Below are positions 49,346-57,864 of a stretch of 64,000 nt of DNA, piece by piece. The notes under the pieces were generated by a model that did not search any database, had not been told where the DNA came from, and saw nothing but the letters and a program-made list of their open reading frames with translations. Positions within the stretch are counted from its first letter, which is position 1. Each line of letters starts with the position of its first letter. The DNA is from an uncultured Actinomycetes bacterium (lineage in GTDB: Bacteria > Actinomycetota > Thermoleophilia > UBA2241). The translations under genes and the position numbers were made by a program. The stretch spans positions 128,001-192,000 of the forward strand of contig CAVRZA010000011.1 of assembly GCA_963725665.1 (NCBI GenBank). Reading direction: 5' to 3'.

Positions 49346-50770
49346 ATGACGATGTCAAGCCGCCGCGGCGGACCTGAACATCGTCTCGTCGCGAAGCATC
49401 GCCCAGATGACGTTCACCCGCCGCCGGGCAAGCGCGATCACGGCTTGGTGATGGCGCTTGCCCTCGGCCCGCTTGCGGTCGTAGAAGGCGCGCGAGGGCG
49501 GGCTGCGCAGACTGGCGAAGGCGGATTGGTAGAAGACCCGCTTAAGGACCTTGTTGCCCCCCTGCATACGGCGCACGTTGCCGCTTCGTTTGCCCGAGTC
49601 GCGGGCCACCGGGATGAGGCCGGCGTAGGCGGCCAGGTGGTCGGCGGAGGCGAAGCTGCTCAGCTCGCCCACCGCCACCAGGAACTCAGCGCCCAGGCGG
49701 GGGCCCATGCCCGGCAGGCTCACCAGGATCTCCGCCTGGGGGTGGGAGAAAAAACGCCGCTCGAGCTCCTGGTCGAGCCGCGCCAGGCGCTCCTTTGTGG
49801 CCAGCACCTCGCTCGCCAGGTCGGCGACGATCGCGGCGCTCACCTCCTCGGCGGGCAGAGAAACGCTCTGGGCGCCCGCCGCCTTAAGGGCGCTCTCGGC
49901 CAGCTTGGCCGCTCCCCGGCAGCCGCGGGCGCGCAGGTAGGCCTCCAGGCGGCGGGCGCCGGCGCGGCGTACCTCGACCGGCGTGCGGTAGCGCTGCACG
50001 AGGAGCAGGGCGCCCTTGGTGGTGAGGTCCAGGGCGCGCTCCAGGCCGGGGAAGACGCCCACCAGCGCCGCGCGCAGGCGGGTGACGGCCCGTGTCTGGT
50101 CTTGAACCAGGTCGCGCCGCCGCGAGGTCAGCAGGGCCAGCTCGGCCAGCACCGCCTCGCTGGGGCGCAGCTCGGAAAGGTCACGGCGCGTGCGTGCCTG
50201 TTCGGCGATGATGCGCGCATCGCGGGCGTCGGTCTTGGCCTCTCCCCGGTAGGCGTCGCGGGAGCGGTTCACGGCCACGCCCGGCAGGTAGAGCACGCGC
50301 TCCTCGCCGCTCCACAGCACGGCCAGGGCGAGGGCGGCGACGCCGCCGGGGATGTCGAGAGCCCAGGTCGTCTGGCCGGCCTGAGCTCTGGCCTCGGCGA
50401 TCAGCCGCCGCAGCTCGTCCTCGTCGTTCTCCACCCGGCGAGAGAAGACGAGGCGTCCCTCCTCATCGATCGCCGCCGCCCAGTGGAAGTCCTTGCCCGC
50501 GTCGATGCCCACCCACAGCCCAGCCATGGCCACCTCCTCGCTTCCGCCGACCCCTTGCCCGTGGAGCACCCCGCCGGCACCTCCCTACACAGCGATCGCT
50601 CGCCGATCTCTATCAGCGGTCAGGGCGTCCAAAGGGGCCGAGGGGCCATTCCTCCCGAGCCATGCGAGCGGCAGAGACATGACAGCCATCCTCGACCCTT
50701 CTGGGCGTCCCGGACGCTACCGCAAAGAGGGCTCACAGCAAAGAATCCGTACGCCACAGGAGAAAGGTAG
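49346..50770 (+). CDS. Antisense ORF spanning the IS (hed-like)
   Basis: 474-aa ORF from ATG 7 nt after host GGAGG to TAG at the last bases of the element; coding status uncertain. Confidence 0.4.
   Translation: MTMSSRRGGPEHRLVAKHRPDDVHPPPGKRDHGLVMALALGPLAVVEGARGRAAQTGEGGLVEDPLKDLVAPLHTAHVAASFARVAGHRDEAGVGGQVVGGGEAAQLAHRHQELSAQAGAHARQAHQDLRLGVGEKTPLELLVEPRQALLCGQHLARQVGDDRGAHLLGGQRNALGARRLKGALGQLGRSPAAAGAQVGLQAAGAGAAYLDRRAVALHEEQGALGGEVQGALQAGEDAHQRRAQAGDGPCLVLNQVAPPRGQQGQLGQHRLAGAQLGKVTARACLFGDDARIAGVGLGLSPVGVAGAVHGHARQVEHALLAAPQHGQGEGGDAAGDVESPGRLAGLSSGLGDQPPQLVLVVLHPAREDEASLLIDRRRPVEVLARVDAHPQPSHGHLLASADPLPVEHPAGTSLHSDRSPISISGQGVQRGRGAIPPEPCERQRHDSHPRPFWASRTLPQRGLTAKNPYATGER
49355..50527 (-). 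CDS. IS110 family transposase (bridge recombinase)
   Basis: WVGIDAGK, ALDIP, KTDARDA RuvC-like domain; SLPGMG, LAAYAGL, DSG Tnp domain; SD GAGGAGG; 390 aa. Confidence 0.95.
   Translation of the reverse strand: MAGLWVGIDAGKDFHWAAAIDEEGRLVFSRRVENDEDELRRLIAEARAQAGQTTWALDIPGGVAALALAVLWSGEERVLYLPGVAVNRSRDAYRGEAKTDARDARIIAEQARTRRDLSELRPSEAVLAELALLTSRRRDLVQDQTRAVTRLRAALVGVFPGLERALDLTTKGALLLVQRYRTPVEVRRAGARRLEAYLRARGCRGAAKLAESALKAAGAQSVSLPAEEVSAAIVADLASEVLATKERLARLDQELERRFFSHPQAEILVSLPGMGPRLGAEFLVAVGELSSFASADHLAAYAGLIPVARDSGKRSGNVRRMQGGNKVLKRVFYQSAFASLRSPPSRAFYDRKRAEGKRHHQAVIALARRRVNVIWAMLRDETMFRSAAAA
50565..50757 (-). ncRNA. IS110 bridge RNA with target- and donor-binding loops
   Basis: Guide segments at 50674-50682, 50648-50655, 50606-50613 and 50581-50588 match the junction sequences; flanking stems and a GCGA tetraloop on the minus strand; RNA ends approximate. 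Confidence 0.85.
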
Positions 50771-50776
50771 GGAGAC

Positions 50777-51223
50777 ATGAACAGTGAGCAACCGCCAGAG
50801 GGACCGCAATGGCGCATTCTGGGCGCCGAGAGAGGCGCTGACTTGGCCGAACACCTGGCCCACGAGCAGGAGGCGGTGCTCATGCTCGGCGACGACGTCT
50901 TCGTGTTTCACCGGCTAGGCGTCGGCACTACGCCGGAGCTTCCCTGGAAAGACGAGACCGAGGAACTCACGCTGCACAGAATGGGGTCTTTTGCCCCACT
51001 GGAGGAGCACGAGCGCGCATACATAGCGCAGCAGAACAGCGAGGCAGAGTACAAGCAGGCAGCCGAGAAGGCGCTTTCCTTCCAACTGATGGGGGGGCAA
51101 CAGGTCATCCGGCTGTACCGACACACACACGCGCACGCGTTCGCCGAGGAGATCCACAAAGAGGGTCTTCGACTGACCATTGTCGGCCTGCTCGATGACG
51201 TGCGAGCGGCGTCAATAGCCTAG
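50777..51223 (+). CDS. Hypothetical protein (IS110 target gene)
   Basis: 148-aa ORF of lower GC; its original SD lies on the other side of the IS. Confidence 0.75.
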   Translation: MNSEQPPEGPQWRILGAERGADLAEHLAHEQEAVLMLGDDVFVFHRLGVGTTPELPWKDETEELTLHRMGSFAPLEEHERAYIAQQNSEAEYKQAAEKALSFQLMGGQQVIRLYRHTHAHAFAEEIHKEGLRLTIVGLLDDVRAASIA

Positions 51224-51469
51224 CGGAGTTGTAGCACCCAGGCGATCAGCACGGCGGCGAGCGCGGGCACGAGGGCGATGCCCGGTCATCTGCGCGACGA
51301 AGGCCGGCTCATTGGGGTCGGGCGGCCCGGGCTTCGAGAGGACGCCGGCGGCAACGGTGATGACGGGCACGGCCAGGAGCGCGGCCCACCCGATGTAGGT
51401 GCGCTTCTGGTGGAGGACCTTGACGATCTCCAGGCGGAGGTTGCCATGCGCGCCGCCGCCCGGCGGGCG

Positions 51470-52282
51470 CTAGGTCAGGATGTCCCGCCGCCCGAAGATG
51501 TACCAGGCGAGCGCGGTGACGCCACCGATCGTCGCCGCGTAGGTCAGGACGGCGTTGCGGATCGGGGCCCAGTAGATGGGATCGCGGAAGAGGTCGAGGA
51601 AGGTCGTGCTGTACGCCGTGAACGTGTACGGCTTCATGAAATCGAAGTAGCTGAAGCCGTTGAGGATCGAGAGCACGATGAAGATCACCATGGCGATGAT
51701 GGAGGCCGTGAGACTCGAGTTGGTGAACGTCGAGAACAGGACGGCCAGCGAGATGAGACACATCATGCCCAACAGGATGAGGCCGTAGGTAAGGAGCGTG
51801 AGCCACACGGCGTAGGGGATGCTGACCGTCGTCCCAGAGAGAGTCACGAGCGGCTTCAGCCCAAACACGATGCCGCCCGCAAGCAGACCGCCGCCCCAGA
51901 CGAGCAGCATGCCGATGATCACGTAGACGATGGCGATGCCCCATTTCGAGAAGAGGACGGTCGAGCGGCTCACGGGACGCGAGAGCCACGTCTTCATCGT
52001 CCCTTGCTCGGCCTCGCCGGCTATGGGATACGCCCCCGCCATCGAGGCGAGCAGCGGCAGCAGAAACAACGAGAGCGCCGCCATGGCCGAGAGGGGTACG
52101 AACATGCCGTTGCTCAAGACCTGATCCAGGAAGGGCGGGCCCTCGCCCTCGCTGTGCGGGTTCGAGGAAGAGAGGTAGAGGGCCAGCACCTCGAGGAAGG
52201 GGATCGCCAGGAGGCCTGCCCAGCCGAGGTAGGTGCGCTTCTGGGCGAGGATCTTCTGCAACTCCCGCCCGAGGCTTCTCAT
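51470..52282 (-). CDS. ABC-2 type transporter permease
   Basis: Starts MRSLGRELQK; AGEAEQGTMK..RPVSR, FGRRDI; 6 TM. Confidence 0.88.
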   Translation of the reverse strand: MRSLGRELQKILAQKRTYLGWAGLLAIPFLEVLALYLSSSNPHSEGEGPPFLDQVLSNGMFVPLSAMAALSLFLLPLLASMAGAYPIAGEAEQGTMKTWLSRPVSRSTVLFSKWGIAIVYVIIGMLLVWGGGLLAGGIVFGLKPLVTLSGTTVSIPYAVWLTLLTYGLILLGMMCLISLAVLFSTFTNSSLTASIIAMVIFIVLSILNGFSYFDFMKPYTFTAYSTTFLDLFRDPIYWAPIRNAVLTYAATIGGVTALAWYIFGRRDILT

Positions 52283-53312
52283 GGCGCGCCCTCCGGCGGC
52301 GCCGCCGGGGCGGCGGCTGCGGCGGTCGCGGCGCTGCGACCGCTGTCGACGTCGCCACTTTGCGTGAGCTCGAGGAAGAAGTCCTCGAGGCCCTGCTCGT
52401 GCGCCGGGATGACGGCGTGCACGTCGAGCTCGGCGGCGACGAGGCGACGCACCAGCTCGGGCACGCTGCCGTCGTCGGCGCTCACCGTCAGGTACTCCTC
52501 GTCGGGAGCGACCTTGTCCGCGCCGAGCAGGTCCGCCAGGACCTGCTCGGCGCGCGCCTGGTCGCTCGTCAGCAGCTTGACGGCGTTGCCCTTGGGGCGC
52601 AGCGCCGACACCGGTCCCTCGATCACCGTGCGTCCCTTGTTGATGATCACGGCGCGGCTGCACACCTGCTCGACCTCGTGCAGAAGGTGCGAGGAGAGGA
52701 AGACGGTCGTGCCCCGCCGGCCGAGCTCGCGGATCAGCTCGCGCACGTCCTTCATGCCCTGCGGGTCGAGGCCGCTGGTCGGCTCGTCGAGGATGATGAG
52801 CTCCGGCCGGTGCAGCAGCGCCGAGGCGATGCCGAGGCGCTGCTTCATGCCGTGCGAGTAGTCGCCGACCTTGGAGTCGGCGCGCTCGCGCAGGCCGACG
52901 ATCGAGAGCACCTCGTCGACGCGCTCCTCGCTGCACCGGCCCCCAGGCGCTGCCGATGATCGTCAGGTTGCGGCGCGCGCTCATGTTGGGGTAGAAGGCC
53001 GGCACCTCGACGAAGCCGCCCAGGTGCCGCAAGGCCTCCTCGCGGTCGCCGCGGCACGCGGTGGTCGAGCACCTGCACCCAGCCGCTCGTCGGGTAGATC
53101 AGCCCGAAGATCATGCGGATGGTCGTCGTCTTGCCGGCGCCGTTGGGACCGAGGAAGCCGAAGATGTCGCCCTTGCAGACGGTGAGGCTCAGGTGGTCGA
53201 CGGCGCGCAGCTTGCCGAAGTCCTTGGTGAGGGCGTCGATCTGCAGCACGGTGGGGCGGCCCTCGCAGGACTCCGCCTGCGAGGGCCGCCCGTTCTCTAC
53301 GTTATTGGACAC
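52279..53312 (-). CDS. ABC transporter ATP-binding protein (indels near 53055 and 52935)
   Basis: GPNGAGKTT, YSHGMKQR, ILDEPTSGLDP, SSH. Confidence 0.9.
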
Positions 53313-54564
53313 TGTTGGCGAAGGCGGACAGGTCGGACTGCGGCACCATGCCGGCCGCCACGACCGTCAGCTTGCCCTGCTGCCAGGCGACGACGTTGAA
53401 GAGCGATGTCGAGAGCTCGAGACCGGGCGAGCCGTTGACCATCGTCGGCTGCGCGAGCTGCACCTTGCTCAACTGGCCGAGCTGCTTCTGCAGCTGCGCG
53501 ACTTGATCAGCCGACGCCTGCGTCTCGACGAGCAGCACGCTGCCGAAGCCCTTGCCGTAGTGCAGGATCGCGGTGGGGCTGCCGCCGTTCTCAGCGGGGA
53601 CCACGGCGGCGCCGGTGAAAGGTAGCGTCGCGTTCTGCGGCTCGGCCAGCGTGAAGCCAGCCTTCTCTTGCGCCTGCGCCAGCGTGAGCGGCTTCATCTC
53701 CTGCATCGCCGCGCCGGGCTGCGAGCTTTCCGCTGCGCCGGGCTTTGGCTTCTCAGCGCCCAGGCCCGCCGGAACGCTCAAGGTCTTGTGGACTACCTTG
53801 GCGCCCTCGGGAGGCGTGAACTCGAAGAGCGTCTCGTCGATGCTCGAGTACGAGACGCTGGTAAAGCCGCCGCTGAGCGCCGCAGTAGCGGAGCCCTTGG
53901 GGAAGACCTCCATGCGCAGCGGCACGAACGTGGTGCCGTCGACTGCCACCCGGACCGAGCCCAGCGTCGTGTTCGACGCCGTGGGCGTCAGCGTCAGGAT
54001 GTAGGACTGCTGGCCGGCCACGCTCTCCTGGCCGGTCACAGCGATGTCCGCGGTGGGGGCGAGCTTCTGCAGCGCCGCCTCGATCCGAGTCACCGGATCG
54101 AAGACCGAGGTCGACGGCAGCGGGTTCGGAGACGTCGTGCCCTGCGCGTCGACCGGCACAGCGTACTGAGTCGCCGTGTTCGCGGCGGAGGAGTACGTCC
54201 AGACGGAACCGTTAGCCGCCGTCACCACTAGGTCGCCGCCCTGGCCCTGCGACTCGAGACGCACCTTGCCGTCCTGCAGCCAGATGCGACCCTTGCCTCC
54301 CTGCAGGAGCGAAGCGATCCCGGTCGGCGTCGTCGCACCACCCAGGTTCAGGGCGGAGGTGTCGCCGATCAGGTTGTTGGTCCAGGCGACGTCGCCGCTG
54401 ATCGCTTTGGTGTCGTGCGCTTTCATCGCCACGTCGGCCAGCAACTGCGACGGGGTGACGGCGGGAAGCGTCGCGCTGCCTTGCGCACGTGAGGCCAGCA
54501 CGCCGATGGTCAGGGCGGCGGCTACTACGGCGATGAGGACGGGGATGAGGACCTTGCGAGGCAT
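53302..54564 (-). CDS. LolA-like / DUF2092 exported protein
   Basis: N-terminal anchor, LPAVTPSQLL, ESVAGQQSYILTLTP, VDGTTFVPL, FEFTPPEGAKV. Confidence 0.78.
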   Translation of the reverse strand: MPRKVLIPVLIAVVAAALTIGVLASRAQGSATLPAVTPSQLLADVAMKAHDTKAISGDVAWTNNLIGDTSALNLGGATTPTGIASLLQGGKGRIWLQDGKVRLESQGQGGDLVVTAANGSVWTYSSAANTATQYAVPVDAQGTTSPNPLPSTSVFDPVTRIEAALQKLAPTADIAVTGQESVAGQQSYILTLTPTASNTTLGSVRVAVDGTTFVPLRMEVFPKGSATAALSGGFTSVSYSSIDETLFEFTPPEGAKVVHKTLSVPAGLGAEKPKPGAAESSQPGAAMQEMKPLTLAQAQEKAGFTLAEPQNATLPFTGAAVVPAENGGSPTAILHYGKGFGSVLLVETQASADQVAQLQKQLGQLSKVQLAQPTMVNGSPGLELSTSLFNVVAWQQGKLTVVAAGMVPQSDLSAFANSVQ

Positions 54565-54751
54565 CGAGACGCTCCTTTTCAGCACTAGCCAGAACAATGA
54601 TTCCCGCGCCGTTGGCAAGGGAACCGCAGGCTAACCCTCATCGTACACCCACGTTCGCCAGCCAGGGTTAAGAAGTGTGAAGAGGATCGGGGTGTCGGTG
54701 ACTGAATCGCGAACGGCCCACGCCACCCGGAGCGGCCAGCCAGTCCCGATA

Positions 54752-54788
54752 GCGCGCGGAGCCCCGGCGATGCCGGGGCTCCGCGCGC
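54752..54788 (-). terminator. GC hairpin after the EEP gene
   Basis: 17-bp perfect stem, 3-nt loop, 5 bp past the stop. Confidence 0.55.
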
Positions 54789-54793
54789 CCCCC

Positions 54794-56371
54794 CTACTTC
54801 GTGACCGTGAACGTCGCGCTGCCCGCCGACGTGTAGGCGTCGGTGAGCAGGTAGTGCACGACGTACTTGCCCGGCGGCAGCGGCCATGGCTTTCCCTGAG
54901 AGCTGTCGCCGAGGGTCACCGAGCCGTCGACTTGGGGTGGCACCGTGCCGGACGCGTGGAGGCCCGTGTAGTCCCAGATCAGATAGTAGTCGACGTTCGG
55001 ATCGGCGGCGTTCGCCTTGTAGACGCCGATCCAGTCCCAGCGGTTGGCCGGACCGTCGGTCCAGCTGACGGTGATCGGCTCGCCGACCGCATACGCCAGC
55101 TTGTCGGTCGAGAGCTGGACCTTGGCGTGCTTGGCGCGCAGCCAGAACGGGACGCGCGCCACCTCGGCGCCGTCGCCGGCTGTGAGCACGGCCTCATAGC
55201 CGCCCGCGGCGAGTCGCGAGGTGTCGAACGTGAGCGTGCCCTTCTCGCCCGGTGCGTCCTGGCTCATGAGCGGGGACGCGAGATCGGCCCCAGCGGTCAC
55301 GATGGCGGCCTTGTTGCCGCTCTTGCCGGGCGCGTTGTAGGTAACGGTGACCGAGTCGCCGACGGTCAGCAGCCGGGCGTTGACGGCGACCATGGTCGGC
55401 ATCGCCAGTGGAGTGACTTCGAGGGTCGATACGACCGCACGGTGATCCGAGGGCCAGGGGGTGACGCTGAGTGACACGTCGGGGCCACCTTTCTCACCCA
55501 TGATCTCGCACGCGAGCGTCTTGGCGGGACCGGCGGCGTAGACGTAGTCGATGCGGTCCCTGGGGTCGTTCGGAGACGGGTTGCCGGCCCAGGCGGCGAC
55601 CTTGGGGCGCTTGGCAGGCCAGGTGATGCCCTGGTTCTTCGCCGGGTCGGGGTGCGCGTCACGGTAGGAATCACGGAAGCCAACGTTGAAGAGCGCAAGG
55701 CTGACCGGCCAGGCGACGGGCTCCGTGATCTGCGGCCGCAGGCCCACCGTGGCGGCCACGTAGTCGAGACTCGACGGCTCGTTGAAGTCCCCGGTCAGGA
55801 ACACCGGGTAGCCCTGCTTGGCGAGCTGGGGCAAGACGGGGAGCAGCTCGCCGAGCGCCGACGTGCGCACCTCGTTCTCAGTGGCGATCACCGTGTCGAC
55901 GGGCGTGCCTTTGAGCAGCGCGGTGGGGCCGTCCTTGACGTAGTCGAGGTGGATGTTGCAGAAGGCGATGACGTAGCCCGGCTGCACCTCGATCAAAGCG
56001 TACAGGCCGTCGCCCCCCGACGGCTCGTAGACAGGGTACTTGGAGAGGATCTGCAGGCTGACGTTGTAGAAAGGGTACCCTGTTGCCTTGGCGATCTTCG
56101 GCAGGTTGTTGTAGGACTCCTCGATGCCGACCACGCCGGCGTCGGCCAGCTTGATCGCCTCTTCGGTCTTCTTCAGGCTCACCAGGGTGCCGCCGTACTC
56201 GATGTTGTACTCCATCACCTTGAGCGGCATCGGCTTGCCAGCCGCGACGGCCTTCTCGCTCTCTTTTCCGCTACCGCACGACGCGAGCAGGACGGCTGCC
56301 ACGATCGCGGCGGCGAGGGTCATCCACTTAAGAATGGTGGACCTCAGTCTGCCGTTTGCTGTGCGATTCAC
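54794..56371 (-). CDS. Endonuclease/exonuclease/phosphatase family lipoprotein with C-terminal Ig-like domains
   Basis: Lipobox LASC; YNI, GIEE, TGDFN, DRIDY, SDH. Confidence 0.88.
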   Translation of the reverse strand: MNRTANGRLRSTILKWMTLAAAIVAAVLLASCGSGKESEKAVAAGKPMPLKVMEYNIEYGGTLVSLKKTEEAIKLADAGVVGIEESYNNLPKIAKATGYPFYNVSLQILSKYPVYEPSGGDGLYALIEVQPGYVIAFCNIHLDYVKDGPTALLKGTPVDTVIATENEVRTSALGELLPVLPQLAKQGYPVFLTGDFNEPSSLDYVAATVGLRPQITEPVAWPVSLALFNVGFRDSYRDAHPDPAKNQGITWPAKRPKVAAWAGNPSPNDPRDRIDYVYAAGPAKTLACEIMGEKGGPDVSLSVTPWPSDHRAVVSTLEVTPLAMPTMVAVNARLLTVGDSVTVTYNAPGKSGNKAAIVTAGADLASPLMSQDAPGEKGTLTFDTSRLAAGGYEAVLTAGDGAEVARVPFWLRAKHAKVQLSTDKLAYAVGEPITVSWTDGPANRWDWIGVYKANAADPNVDYYLIWDYTGLHASGTVPPQVDGSVTLGDSSQGKPWPLPPGKYVVHYLLTDAYTSAGSATFTVTK

Positions 56372-56422
56372 GTGAGCCCCCTGACCGTGGCACCAGGATT
56401 CGAACCGCGGACCTGTTCCTCC

Positions 56423-57673
56423 TCAAGGCAGTGTCAGCACGTAGGAGCGCCAGCCTGAGTAGAAGCGGTCCCACGAGACGTTGAGATCGCGCTTCACGGC
56501 GTACTTGATGGGCGACTCCGAGAGGTCCGACGTGCCCACGTCGACGGCGAAGCGCCGCAGGGCGCGCTGGCCCCACCCGGCCAGAATGTAGCGCACGAGG
56601 CTACCGCCCTCCTCGTAGAGCAGATCGACGCGCGCCAAGTCATTGCTCTGCCACAGACTGCCGTAGGCAAGCGCCTGCAGCAGCGGCTCGTCTTTGTTGC
56701 CGTTCAGGAGCTCGCCCTTGAGCGCCGCGTAGCTGCGGTCGCCCTCGACCGCCACGCCGATGCCCTCCAGGACCAACCGAGGCACCTGCGGTGCGTCGAA
56801 GAACCACTTCTCGGTCAGCGCGTGCGCCATCTCGTGGGCGAGCATCGTCGGCGCCCAGGTGTCACGGCCCGCCAGCTCAGGAGCGACGATGCCGATGTCG
56901 CCGGGCGACCACGGCGAATCGGAGACGCGCCTGGGCTGGCCCGAGAAGAACTTGATGCGCTTCTCCATGTCGGGGCGCCCGAGGAACTGGACGACCTGTC
57001 GCTCCGAGGAGTAGACGAAGATGAACACGGGCTCGCCGCTGCGCACGCCCAGGACCTCGGCTACGCGCGCCCTCGCCTGCGGCACCAGCTTCGCCATCTG
57101 CTCGGCGCGCAAGCGCCAGGCGGACTCGTAAACCAGCACCGCGGCGCCGAAACGTCGCACCCGGGGGCGGTCGAAAGCCATGAAGCCTTGCGGTCTGAGG
57201 GCGGTGGGCGTCTCGTCGCCGGTGACGACGAGACGCCCACCTCTCCGCTTCACGACAAGCTCCCGCTCGGCCACGAAGCGGTCCGGTGGGCCGCCGCCGA
57301 GCGGCGCTCCGCTGATGACGATGTCGAACGCCCCCGGCAGCCCGGGCGGCGCCGTCACCGACACCGCGAGGCGGCGCAAGTGCAGCGGCGCCAGCCGCGT
57401 CGCGAGGTTGTCGAGCGTCTTCCTGGCCTTGCCTGAGGCCGGCAAGGCGGCGCTCCACGCCGCGCGGTCGCCCTTGGCGAGAGCGGGGAGCGCGGCGGTC
57501 ATGAAGGCGCGCACCTCCGCGGCGGTGACGGGCGGGGGGCCGCTCGCCTGCGGCGAGCGGCCCCCCGCCGCCTCGTCCTTGAAGGCGAGCAGGAGCCCCG
57601 CGGCGGCCATGACAAGCGCGACCAGCGCGAGCGCGGTCGCGAGGACCAAGGGCAAGTTGTGTCGTCTCTTCAC
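56423..57673 (-). CDS. Membrane-anchored HExxH metallopeptidase (peptidase MA-like)
   Basis: N-terminal TM; LAHEMAH..EG. Confidence 0.7.
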   Translation of the reverse strand: MKRRHNLPLVLATALALVALVMAAAGLLLAFKDEAAGGRSPQASGPPPVTAAEVRAFMTAALPALAKGDRAAWSAALPASGKARKTLDNLATRLAPLHLRRLAVSVTAPPGLPGAFDIVISGAPLGGGPPDRFVAERELVVKRRGGRLVVTGDETPTALRPQGFMAFDRPRVRRFGAAVLVYESAWRLRAEQMAKLVPQARARVAEVLGVRSGEPVFIFVYSSERQVVQFLGRPDMEKRIKFFSGQPRRVSDSPWSPGDIGIVAPELAGRDTWAPTMLAHEMAHALTEKWFFDAPQVPRLVLEGIGVAVEGDRSYAALKGELLNGNKDEPLLQALAYGSLWQSNDLARVDLLYEEGGSLVRYILAGWGQRALRRFAVDVGTSDLSESPIKYAVKRDLNVSWDRFYSGWRSYVLTLP

Positions 57674-57864
57674 CAGGGACCCCGTCCAACTGTAGCATCC
57701 CGCCGCGACCCGGCAAGAGCGTCGGCGAGCCTCGGGCGTAGACCGGTCAGGCAGCGCGCCGTCGACGATGGCGTTTCGCAGGCGTTGCGCGCCCTGAGCT
57801 TTGCTGAGGCGACGGCCGGCGGCGTTTGAACGCCGCCCGAGCGGGGACTACACTCGCCAGACTC

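Larger units (their letters stand above)
49337..50773 (-). mobile_element. Complete IS110-family insertion sequence
   Basis: Bounded by a duplicated GGA (49337-49339 and 50771-50773); no terminal inverted repeats; 15-bp right end and about 240-bp left end; removal restores AGAGGAGGAGAC-ATG. Confidence 0.92.

Noticed and set aside
51470-53032. 520-aa ATPase-permease fusion ORF
   Set aside because: Artefact of indels in the ATPase; the permease has its own ATG at 52282 overlapping the ATPase stop.
98-53060. About 20 frameshifts (DUF362, polyferredoxin, cysH, TrxB-like, rlmKL, hdrB, hdrA, doxX, GT2, ABC ATPase) read as programmed frameshifting or mass pseudogenisation
   Set aside because: They are scattered single-base indels with no slippery motifs, and the domains are intact on both sides. 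One deletion near 37472 repairs two overlapping genes at once. Uncorrected long-read error is the simplest explanation.
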